From Mobula hypostoma (Eukaryota), in contig NC_086108.1 in the NCBI RefSeq assembly GCF_963921235.1, positions 45,138,001 to 45,202,000 on the forward strand: a stretch of DNA of 64,000 nucleotides, written 5' to 3'. Shown here piece after piece: positions 1 through 11,085 of this stretch. The notes below the pieces were generated by a model. It was not told the DNA's origin, ran no database searches, and saw only the letters and a list, made by a program, of their open reading frames with translations. The translations under genes and the position numbers were made by a program. Position 1 is the first letter of the stretch; every line of letters starts with the position of its first letter.

Positions 1-585
1 CAGTATTCAAAAGGTATATTTGTGGCTGAGGGGAATGGCCACAGGTTATTTGTATTGAGTGCTTATTCCCCTTGCATCTCCTGGTGGTCACCCAACCACT
101 ATTCTGATGCCTGTACCCTGCGTATGACCACTTCAATAAAAGACTCATCTATGAAGTTTTCACCCTCCTGGATGCTCCTGAGTGCATCCAGCTCCAGCTC
201 CAGTTCCTTGATGTTGTCAGTCAGGAGCTGAAGTTGGGTGCCCTCCTGCAGATGTAGTCATCAGGGTTAGGTCGCCTGAAACTGAACATCTCACAGGAGG
301 GGCATTCCACTGCCTGAACTACCATCCTGCCTACACTTACTATGCCCCTATCTTCTCCAACTTAAGTTCTAGTCTCTGCCTGTTCTTGCCAAACCCCGCT
401 GAGCCAAAGCTTGAGCACTCCAGCACTGGCTGCTTCACTTTCATCTTGCTTCTTTTAATTGGCTCTTGCTAAGTTACTATAAACCCAATCAATCTCTCAC
501 TCTGCAGACAAGCCCTAACAGACCCTGCTCACTTTTTAAAATTGGCACGTAAAGTCTATGAGGAGCTGTCTCCAACTCACTACAT
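1..585 (-). mobile_element. CR1 LINE 5' end (5'UTR plus ORF1 N-terminal remnant), cut by the window edge
   Basis: Colinear similarity to the ORF1/5' region of the CR1 at about 59795-60205 (cagtat..tgagggga..gccacagg; tgcagat; gagccaaagc). Confidence 0.65.
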
Positions 586-1461
586 GATCTCCTGTTCTAC
601 AGACAACGCGAGGAGGAAAGTCAAAGATGGTAAGGTTCTGGAAACTTGGATGATGAGGGACGCTGTAAATTTCCTTGAAAAGGGGGAAAAAATAAGCGCA
701 AGTTTCAGGAAGCTGAAATCAGAAAGGAATTCAGAGGGCCAAAGGGGGCCATAAAATATCCTTGCCATGCATGATTAAGGAAAATTCAAAGATATTTTAT
801 GCATACATTAAAAACAAGAGGGTAACTAGGGGACCCTTTGGAATAAAGAAGGTAAATTATTCCTGGAGCCAGGAAATGCAGGTGAAATACTGAGTGAGAT
901 TAGGGTGGGGTAGGGGATATTCTAGGAGGTGTTGAGTTCATGAAGGAGGATGTGTTGGGTACATTGAAGAACATTAAGGCGGATATCCTCATTGTTTGAT
1001 TGGATCTATCCCAGGTTATTAAGAGAGGTAAGTGAGGAGATTGCTGGAGCCTTGAAAAAGAACTTTGTGTCCTCTCTTGCCAAAGAGAAGGTACCAGAGG
1101 ACTGGATAATAGGCAGTGTTGTTCCTTTGTTTAAGGAGGTGAATAGAAATAGTGCTGGAAATTATTGGCTTGTGAGCATCAGAAAAGTAGTAGATAAGCT
1201 ATTGGAGAGGAGAGAATTTACTAGAATTTAGAATTAAAGCATAGAATTTACTCACATTTGGAAAAGCATGTCCTTATTAGAGATAGTCATCAAGGTATTG
1301 TACGGGACAGGTCATGCACACTGATTGAGGTTTTTGAGGATGTGACCAAGATGGTTGATGAGGCTAGAGCTGTGGATATTCCCTACATTAACTTTAAGAA
1401 GGTATTTGACAAGATCTCTCATAGTAAGCTGATGCAGAAGATTAAGCTGCATGGAGTCAAT

Positions 1462-2052
1462 GACAGGCAGCGTCCATCATTAAGGACCTCCAGCACCCAG
1501 GGCAGGGGTGGTCAATCTTTTACATTCCATGTGTCAGTTTTTTCACTCACGAGTTCAGATGCGCCATACAACTCTTGTACCCCGATTCAATTCTTGTAAA
1601 AATATGTTAACATAGAGCTCGTGCGTGAAAAAATCGCACCTGAACTCGTGCGTGAAAAAATTGACGCATGGAATGTAAAAGGTTGGCTACCCCTGACCCA
1701 GGGCATGCCTTTTTCTCACTGTTACCATCAGGTAGGAGATACAGAAGTCTGAAGACACACACTCAGCGATTTAGGAACAGCTTCTTCCCCTCTGCCATCC
1801 GATTCCCAAATGGACATTGAAGCTTTGGACACTACCTCACTTCTTTAAATATACAGTATTTCTGTTTTTGCACATTTTTATGAAATCTATTCAATATACA
1901 TAATTGATTTACTTGTTTATTTATTATGTTTTATTTTATTTATTATTATTATTTTTTCTCTCTTTCTGCTAGATTATGTATTGAACTGCTGCTGCTAAGT
2001 TAACAAATTTCACATGCAATGCTGGTGATAATAAACCTGATTCTGATTCTGA
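1462..2052 (+). mobile_element. Rex1/Babar-type LINE 3' fragment inserted in the CR1
   Basis: Encodes SIIKD..HPG..LFSLLPSGRRYRSL..RFRNSFFP-like C-terminus, then a 3'UTR and aataaacc(tgattc)n tail. Confidence 0.8.
1503..1695. mobile_element. hAT MITE, 193 bp
   Basis: About 60-bp TIRs (caggggtggtcaatcttttacattccat... / ...atggaatgtaaaaggttggctacccctg); perfect 8-bp TSD acccaggg at 1495-1502 and 1696-1703. Confidence 0.92.
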
Positions 2053-2329
2053 TGTGGTAGATTGGATTCAAAACTGTCTTGGCTACAGAAGGCAGAGATG
2101 GAGCGGTGTCATTCTGACATAAGTCTGTCACCTGTGCTGGGACCTCTGCTGTGGGAGGCTAAATGTAAGCAGAGCATGTGCAGTTAATCGCAGGAGCATT
2201 GCCATACAGAGGGATGTTAGGTTGCAAGTCCATAGCTCTCTGAAATTGGTAACACAGTAGGTCGAGTGATGAAGAAGCCAGATGGCATTCTTGTATTCAT
2301 AGATTGAAGAAAAAGACAGGGAAGTTGTG

Positions 2330-2600
2330 TGTTGTCAAATGAAGATGCAGAGCTAAGACAAGGTTACTAGATGAATAGAACAGTGCATATTTGAACATAG
2401 TTTGCAGATATTTGGACAGACTCAACTTTATGTAGAGCGTTGGAACAGGCAAATCTGATGGTTACAAAGAAATGGGTGAGGGTTTCAGCAGCTGAGGGCA
2501 AGAATGTTATTATAGAGAAGGAAGTTGCCAATCTTAGCTGTCTTTTAAATGCAGATATAACATTAAACTCACCGACTCTGGTTGCAGTTTTACTTGAAAG
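2330..2600 (-). mobile_element. Old L2 LINE fragment
   Basis: gggtttcagcagctgag.. reads on the minus strand as an SAAETL-type L2 ORF2 C-terminal motif; related to 44400-44600. Confidence 0.45.
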
Positions 2601-2714
2601 CTGTCATGTTTTATGGCCTATTGCTTTGAACTTCCCATTAAAGTATAATTTATTTTACTTCCTTATCGAAATGTTTAATTACCTTAAAATAATTATAATT
2701 AAATGAAAGATAGC

Positions 2715-3005
2715 CAGTCAGTGCAACCCTATTACAGGTCAGGGTGTCAGAGTTTGGAGCTCATCCTCTAAGAAGTTTGTACATCTTCCCCGTGGAATGC
2801 GTGTGTTTTCTCCAGCTGCTCTGGTGTCCTCCCACAGTCCAAAGATGTACAGGTTAATAGGTTATTTGGTCATTGTAAATTGTCATATGATTAGCTTAGG
2901 CAAAGGTTAAATTGGGGGTTGTGGGGTAGCACGGCTTGAAGGGCCAGAAGGGCCTATCCCATGCCATGCCTCTAAATAAATAAATAAACAAATAAACAAA
3001 CAAAC
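2715..3005 (+). mobile_element. V-SINE/HE1-type SINE
   Basis: Central domain tttctccagctgctctggtgtcctcccacagtccaaagatgtacaggtt; CR1-like tail gggccagaagggcct; (taaa/caaa)n end. Confidence 0.8.
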
Positions 3006-3019
3006 AGATCTGAGGAAAA

Positions 3020-3340
3020 TGGGCCATTTGACCCACTGAATCTGCAGCAAAGTTCTAACACCCATTTACCTGAACCTTACACTAAACCAGTTTTATTCTC
3101 CCCATCATGCCGTAAATCTGTTCCAAATTCTGCCACTCACTTACATAACTGCGGCTATTTACAGTGACCACTTAACCTACCAAACTACATATTTTTGTGA
3201 TGTGGGAGAAAACCAGAGCACTAGATAAAACCCATACAGTCACAAGGAGAAGGTGCAAACACCACACAGATTGAACCAAAGATCAGGATTGAATCTAGGT
3301 GATTGGACCTGTGAGACAGCGGCTGTACCATCGTGCCACT
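3020..3340 (-). mobile_element. V-SINE/HE1-type SINE (older copy)
   Basis: Reverse complement of the V-domain: tgtgggagaaaaccagagcac..cacaaggagaaggtgcaaac. Confidence 0.7.
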
Positions 3341-4111
3341 TCTAGTTATCCTTTCTGTAAAGAAAACAACCCCAGATTGTTCAGTCTTTCCAGTTAAGTA
3401 TATGTATCTATACAAATGCTGAATAAAGGAATCTCACTTGCCCTAACTGCATACTTATCAGGGTCCATAATATTACTTTTGACTTCCTATACATTGGAAA
3501 GCTGAAGCTTCCAGATTGCATTTTGTAATGTACTCCAGAACTTCTTGTGCTATATACGGCCTATGCATCTATTGGATGCTGAGCTCCGATATCGTCTACT
3601 TAAAAACATATAATCGTGATGTCTCAGCAGAAGGCTTGTATAGCTCAATATGCCATAGAAACAGGCACTGGAAGAGAGCCACATCCTCTCATCCTGTTTC
3701 CCAGAGTAGCCTCATGTTTTCCTAATAGTTGTCAGTAGCCATTAAACACAAATGAAAAAATATTATTGAATGTTCCAGTTGAGAGGAAGATCTACAATAG
3801 CTTCTCAAAGATCCATTCCAACAAATAGATTGCTGACTTGTAGATCTTAGGGACACTATATCATATTGCCCTTTCTTAAGAGTTAATACACTAATAACCC
3901 ACTTAGTAATACCCTGCAAATAGCTGATCTGTTACAATGCCTTTGTCTGGGGGAACTATTTTTATTAAGAGTTGGAGGCGCTTGTATGCGCATGAGGAGG
4001 TTGGTGAGAAAAGGGGCTTTTTTTTTGCTGCTGTTTTCTTGTTTTGTTCTGTGGTTGTTGTTACTGCTGCTTGCTGTGTTTTGCTGAACATTGTGAATGT
4101 GAGAATGTGTC

Positions 4112-5074
4112 ACACTCTTTTTTTAAAAGTGTTGCTTCCTCAGAAAATGTTTTGGTTTATGATGGACTACTTGAAGCTGAACACAAATATAATTTCAAGC
4201 TTGTATCACCTAGGGATTTGGAGAAACAATAAACTATATTGAATATAATGTATTTAATTGCACAATGGACACTGAAATAGTTCAATTAAACTAAAAAAAT
4301 GCTTTGTTGATGATTTTCATTTGTACTTGGTGTCTGAGGCTTCTCGCTTAAGTGTCGAAAAATAATCAGCCAGTGTTGATGGATTCCAGTTGCCATGATA
4401 TCATTTCTCCATGACAGCAATGTCCTTTCACCATGCTTGTCACTGACAGTGCCAAGATTTGCAGGGAAGAAATCTAAATGGGAATGCAATGACTCTGAAG
4501 AGCCCAGGCTTTGACTTGGTCGCCAATTTTAGGCTTTCTTAATGTGGAGTCATGCTCTGTCTTTGAGATTTAAGTGCATACTTGCCACAAATATAACAAA
4601 GTATTAGACCATAATCATTAGATCATAAGACATTGTGGCTGTTGCAACATTTGGCTATCATAAATACTCCTGAGAATACAATTACTTTATTATAATGAGT
4701 GCACGCAAGATACTATGCACGTAGAGCGTGCGGGTCAATGTGATTGCAAACCGATATACAAACATGTAAACAGAATGCATAGAGCACTGTGTTTGTGAAG
4801 CTTTTGTAGCTTTTCTAAAACCTGGCCTACCATGCAGCATCCGCCCTTGTCTAAGCATGCCCAGGCATGCCGAGACAAGATAGAAAACCTGTCAGCTTAC
4901 TTTGTGGACTGCATCTTAATTGACTTCATTTATGAATTGAAATAACAAACATATTCGATTTAAACAAAATTTTGCATGATAGGGAATTTTCATGGTGATT
5001 TTCATGATCAGCAGCCCAAAATCCTTAAGGTGCACCTAACAGTATTCAGGAAGCAAAATATTTGTTGTCCAGTG
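4112..5074 (-). mobile_element. Internally deleted Chapaev3-like (CMC superfamily) DNA transposon
   Basis: ORF 4286-4489 begins HSHLDFFPANLGTVSDKHGER; terminus ..ggaagcaaaatatttgttgtccagtg at 5074; degenerate inverted counterpart (tgttgcttcct) near 4130. Confidence 0.7.
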
Positions 5075-6480
5075 TTATTAACACAAATAGTGCATTTCAG
5101 CCTGCATTTTGATGTACATGTGATAAATCAGCATATGCTAGCTTGCTTGTTAAATGTGTCCACAAAAATCGTGTTCCTTTGGCAATGAAAGTGAGATAGT
5201 CATAACGCTTTGGTCATTGAGACATAACGCCTACTTTTAGAGCTTATATGTTCGTGCTCTCATTCTTGGAAAGGCATTCTGAATGCGAAGTGAGGTAGGA
5301 ATGAATTCACTTTGTTGGAGGACTGTGTTACTGAATACTGTACATCTTTTCACTGATTCAGCTTTGGAAAAGCAATCAGCTATTGGGGCCAATCTGCCTG
5401 AAAACATATGTAACTGACTTGCTTCTCCAACTATCATTCTCAGTGTCTGCAGCAACGTTGATCTAAAATCCTTGTCTATTTCTCCATCACATTAGCGTAA
5501 AATGTGCGATATCTATGTGAGATAACTGATTAAAAATCCAAAGCACAGTATTGTTTTTCTGATAGCTTTAGTTTAACAGTCAACCAGAGAGTTCCCTCAG
5601 TGATGTTTCATGGCCAATTATGGGAGAAATTCCTAAGCAGTTACAACACGAATTTCTCAGGAATTTTATTTAAAACATTAATTGACAACATGATACTATC
5701 ATTATCATAAAATGACAGCAATAAATTTTATTTATTGCAATATTGATTCATGAAACAAATGATTTAAGTCTGCTGAAGCTGCTTATTACACTGTTAAAAA
5801 AATTGATTGTTTCTTTCCCTTTCAAAACGGCTGTAATCATTCTTCTCAAGTTTCCATAAGTTTTTTTCATTCATTCCCCATTTTCTCTCAAAATCCCCAG
5901 ATTGTTGCTGCCCTATTTAAAACCTCTACATTCTGATTTACAACATTGTGAGCCCCCAGGCTCTGGCTCAGACTGAGATAAAAGCTGTTAATTCCACCAA
6001 GATGGTCTTCAGAGTGACTTTGCTATATTGCTGCCTTAGCTCCTATCCCACCACCACTAAAACCCCCACTCACATATCCCATTGCTGCTATCTTCTAACA
6101 TCAAACTGACCTAACCTCTAATTTCTTCAAAACCTATACCCACCCACCGTATCCTGTTGCACTTTCCGAATTCCCATTATAGCCAAATTTTCCCAATACT
6201 TTGGGGAGAATATAAGATAACATTCAGAATAGATTCAATATCAGTGGCGGGCTCTCATAACCTACCTTTCTTGACTATTGGGAGGCTCAAAAGACACAAG
6301 ACATAAGAAATATAAGTAGGTGGCGGCCCTATGGCTACTGTACCTTGTAATATGATGGGTGACATTTTACCTCAGTGCCAGTTTCCTGCACTGAACCCAC
6401 AAGCCATGACTCCCTTATTTAACCATAAGTTTATTGATCTGCCTTAAATGCATGCAAACAATTGAGCACCTACGTCCCAT

Positions 6481-7835
6481 TTCAAAGTTCAAAGTACTGT
6501 ACATATGTGTCACCATATACAGCCCTGAGATTCATTTTCTTGCAGCCTACTCAATGAATCCATAATAGAATAATAACCATCATAGAATCAATGGAAGACT
6601 GCACCAACTGGACAGTCACCAGTGTGCAAAAGATATCAAACTGTGCAAATACAAAAAGAAAGAAATAATAATAATAAATAAGCAATAAATATCGAGAACA
6701 TGAAATGAAGAGTCCTTGAAAGTGAGTCCATGGGTTGTGGGAGCAGTTCAATGATGGGGCAAGTGAAGATGAATGAAGTTTTCTCATTTGGTTCAAGAGC
6801 CTGATGGTTGAGCAGCACTAACCGTCTCTGAAACTGGTGGTGTGAGCCTTGAGGCTCCTGTAACTCGGTCCTGAAGAGAGCGTGAAGAGAGCATGACCTG
6901 CGTGGTAGGGGTTCCTGATGATGGGTGCAGCTTTCCTGCAACAATGTTCTGTGTAGATGTGCTCAGTGGTGGGGAGGGATTTAACTGGGAGGGACTGGGC
7001 CATATTCACTAGTTTTTGTAGGATTTTCCATTCAAGGACATTAGTGTATCCATACCAGGAAATGATGTAACCAGTCAATATACTCTCCACCACACATCTA
7101 TAGAAGTTTGTCATGCTGAATATTCGCAAACTTCTAAGGAAGTAAAGGTGCTGTTGTGCTTTCTTCGTAACTGTACTTGTATGTTGGGTCCAGGACAGGT
7201 CCTCTGAAATGATAACACTGAGGAATTTAAAGTTGCTGACATTCTCCACCTCAGATCCACGACGAGGACTCGCTGATGTTTCCTCCTGAAGTCAATAATC
7301 AACTCCTTTGTTTTACTGATGTTGAGAAAGAGGTTGTTGCTATGACACCACTCAGCTAAATTTGCATCTCTGTCCTATATGCGGATTCATGACCACCTTT
7401 GATTCAGCCTATGACAGTGGTAGCAAACTTGAATATGGCACTGGAGCTGTCCTTAGTCACGCAATCATAAGTGTAAAACAAGTAAATCAGGGGACTATGA
7501 ACACAGCCTTGTGGTGCCCCTGTGCTGATGGATATTGTGGAGGAGATGTTGCTGCCAATCCAAACTGACTGGGTTCTGCGTGAGGAAATCGAGGATCCAC
7601 AAGTATGTATTGAGGCCAATATCTTGAAGCTTATTGATTAGTTTGGAGGGGATGATGGTACTGAATTCTGAGCTGTAGTTGATAAAGAGCATCCTGATGT
7701 ACGCATCTTTGCTGTCCAGAGGTTCCAGGGTTTAGTGAAGAGCCAGTGAAATGACATCGGCTGTGGGCCTGTTTTACAGTAGGCAAATTGGAGCGGATCC
7801 AAATCACTTCTCAGGCAGGAGTTGATCTGTTCACT
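6481..7835 (-). mobile_element. Rex1/Babar-type LINE, 5'-truncated and frameshifted
   Basis: ORFs 7638-7880 (LDPLQFAY), 7495-7692, 7404-7619 ([11 protein letters not shown]), 6818-7249 (KAQQHLYFLR, ESILTG..WYG); ttcaaagttcaaag tail. Confidence 0.9.
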
Positions 7836-8054
7836 TCTTGGGTAGGAGTTGGGCAGAGAATTCCAAGAACTTACTGCCATTTAGCCCTCAAGTATGTGAC
7901 TGCTGTCTTCTTTCTTAGTGGGGCTATCTTTTAATCTAGACTGAATCATTCTAGAGTTTATAGAATTTTCGAAGTTATCAATAATACATCCACTATCTTT
8001 ATTGTCATCTCTTTAATAACACTAGGCTACAGACCATTATGGAAGTTTTGACTA

Positions 8055-8220
8055 ACACACAGAAAAGAGCTGGAGGAATTTAGCAGGTCCATTAGCATCT
8101 ATGGAGAGAAATTAACAGTCGATGTTTTGGGCAGAGACCCTTCATCAGGACCTGCTAAGTTCCTCCAGCATTTTGTGTGTGTTGCTCACATTTTCCAGTA
8201 TCTCCAGAATCTCTTGTGTC
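8055..8220. repeat. Penelope-derived terminal repeat in head-to-head inverted arrangement
   Basis: 8055-8089 is an imperfect inverted repeat of 8149-8182; degenerate hammerhead on the minus strand at 8115-8151. Confidence 0.7.
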
Positions 8221-10859
8221 TTCATTAGGGAATATATTGAGTTTCAATATTATTACCTTCTCCAGAACTGTTCACTAATATAAACTTATTTGTGCTCCCT
8301 AATTGTTCCAAGCATATTGTTCCCCACTATTTATGTGTGATTTTACATCTCTTTTGAAAAGGATACAACATTTTTTCTTCCCTGTATAATTTCTCCTGCA
8401 TTTGCCAACTTCCGTTATTTTTATTTTTATATGTCTGTAGAAGCATTTACTGTTTTCACTCTATATTCTTATTTTTCTTTATCAATTGCTTGGTCCATTT
8501 TTGCAGAAATCTGATATTCTGCAGTGTTCTGCTCTTTTTGGCAACATCCTAAGTCCTTCACTTTGATCCAGTACTACCTTTACACTATTAGCCAATTTAA
8601 TTGAGTTTTGTGCCTGGGGTTGTATATTTGCTGCAAACTATGTATTATTTGTTTCAATGTTAGCTTTCAATTTAATGCATTTCCCAATTTTCCTTAACTA
8701 AAATGTGCCTCATACTTAATGGGTTTGCATTGTTTGGACTTAAAACCCTGGTTTCAAACAGAACTAAATGATTTTCAGTTCTTACATTAAATTCTACCAT
8801 CACATTCCCTTAAGTCTACCTAACCACAAGGTTGTTCATTAACTCTTTCTCATTGCTGAATCCTTGCTGAGTATTTGATCTGAAATAGCCTGGTCCCTTG
8901 CTAGTTCCTCAGTGTGCTGCTCTAGAAAACCATCTGTCATCCATTCTTTGAATTGGCCCTCCATGCTATTATCACTCATTTGGTTAGCCCACTCACTGTG
9001 TAGATTATAGTCACCCACGCTGCTTCTATTACCCTCTTTACATGCGTCCCACTTTTTGGGGTTTAGATAATTCCCACCAGCATTTTCTACCCCTTTCTCT
9101 AACTGAACTCAATCTGACTGATTTTACTTTTTGATTTTCTGAGCTCTAATCCTTCTTTACTGTCCTCGTCTTATTTGTTATTAGCAGACCCACCTCTTCA
9201 TTTTGCCTCATCTCTTCAAAAGGTGTCATAGAATATTTAATTCCCAGTCTTGGTAAATTTGTAGTTGTGTCTTCCCAAAAGATTCAAACAATTATTTCTA
9301 TTTGAGCCATTAATTCTTCTATTTTATTATGAACTATATGTGCTTTCAGATTGTATGTTTCAGTTTTGACCTTTTACCTGCTCTCATATTCATATTCATA
9401 TGTTGTCATGATAGAGGATGTACTTGATTGGCATGTTTTTGGGAAGTGAGAGCACTAGGTAATGCCCAGTATCAGCTTACCAGCCTGGGGAAGAACAAAA
9501 CCGCATAGCTATTGCACTTAAACAACAAGCAGAAAGAAGCAGGTACACTGAAAGATTGATTTGGTAAAACCACACATCAGTAACCAAAAACCATAACTGA
9601 AGGATTAGCATTTTGATCTGGAGAAGGATGACTGTTGTGCATCATTCTCTGATAATGCTGAAGTGGCTGTAAGGAGAAAGGCTGAAGCAGAAGCCGATAT
9701 GTTGTTGTGTTGGTGGAGATGGAGGATTGGAAGTGACATTGAAGATTATTCTTGAGGAACCAATGAATATTGTAATTGAGGAGAAAGTGATCAAGCATAG
9801 ATGCATACATAAATGCATGAAGCATAGCCTTTGTACAATAAAGGATTTGTTTCCATGCTACATAACTCTGTGACTTTACACAGAAGAGAAAAATATCTAT
9901 AAATGCTGAATTTGTGAAATGCAACACTGTAAGAACTTGAGCATCTGCTTTGGAAGTTACCATTGAATGGCGTGGATTTGTTTACATAAAAAGCTTTCTG
10001 TCTGCTCTAGACCATCAGATAACAGATCAACCTGAAAGTTAATTCCAGTGAGCAAGTGAATTTATAAGGTGCATATCATGTTTCACCTATTAGTCGCCTA
10101 ACATGAAATAGGACAGGCAGTTAAAAGCCACACTTACCAAACGTAAATGCTTGATCCTTCATGACCTCCCCTTATTCTAACTTCATCTCTTCTAACTTCA
10201 TACAATATTCTCTCTTCCCTCCATTGCCTCACTCTGAATACTACAACTGATTTGGCCATAGCCCACTTTCAATAAGCCTTCAACCACGTTAACTCCAATT
10301 TTCCTAAAATCCTGCTTTTCTGTCAAGTTATTGCTCACATTCCTAACTCAACAATCATGGCTCACCATCCATTTAAAAAATGTTTATTTAATCTTCCTTC
10401 ACATTGAAAGACAATGGGATGTTAATAACCACTGTGACTTAAATATAGGGCTTGCTGTTGCTGAAGAATGCCTAAATCATGTTGATTTCTCAGAAATACC
10501 AACTATATTTACATGGTGTCTGTATTACAATATGCTTAGACCACAACCGGCTGTTTTGGCAGCGGACTGCTGTTCAGTGTGGTAGAGCTATAAGTTTCAC
10601 GTAATAGATAAAGCAATTAAGGTTAAGCTCTTTCAAACCATTGCGTTCTAAAATCCATCAACACAGGAATGTAAACTGGCAATGCAGCAGAAATGCCAAT
10701 AAACGGTGTTGGTGATGAATAAATTATCAGATGACTATCTTAGCTTCATATTGGTTAAAGTATTATTTACATCATCCAAGAAATTCTTCATGTTTCCTTT
10801 GACTGTAGTGTATCGCCACTTATTTGAGATGTTGTTCTGATGTTGCTTTAAGCTTCATA

Positions 10860-11085
10860 ACATTACTTCACTTTTTTAATATACAGTTTTTCTGTTTATG
10901 CACATTTTTAAAATCTATTCAATTTCTGTAATTGATTTACTTGTTTATTTGTTGTTATGTTTTATTTTATTATTATTTATTTTTTTCTCTCTCTCTGCTA
11001 AATTATGTATCATATTGAACTGCTGCTGCTAAGTTAACAAATTTTATGTCACATGCTGGTGATAATAAACCTGATTCTGATTCCG
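10860..11085 (+). mobile_element. Rex/Babar-type 3'UTR fragment
   Basis: Closely similar to 1829-2052, with the same (tgattc)n tail. Confidence 0.8.

Larger units (their letters stand above)
590..2310 (+). mobile_element. Degenerate CR1 ORF2 fragment, interrupted at about 1462-2052
   Basis: ORFs 992-1231 (KVPEDW..VVPLFK..GNY) and 1258-1460 (SHQG..SCT..EVFEDVTKMVD..KVFDK) are RT motifs; CR1 sequence resumes at about 2053 (gattggattcaaaac). Confidence 0.85.
6300..9380 (-). mobile_element. Highly decayed CR1 (tail near 6300; ORF2 remnants 7850-9380), interrupted by younger insertions
   Basis: acataagaaatataagtagg tail motif; patchy similarity to the CR1 at 38996-41715. Confidence 0.5.

Noticed and set aside
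5241..5294. AG..GT-bounded candidate exon (similar cases near 15596, 20179, 46913 and 47477)
   Set aside because: Short peptides with no recognisable homology and no consistent multi-exon chain; RNA-seq would be needed
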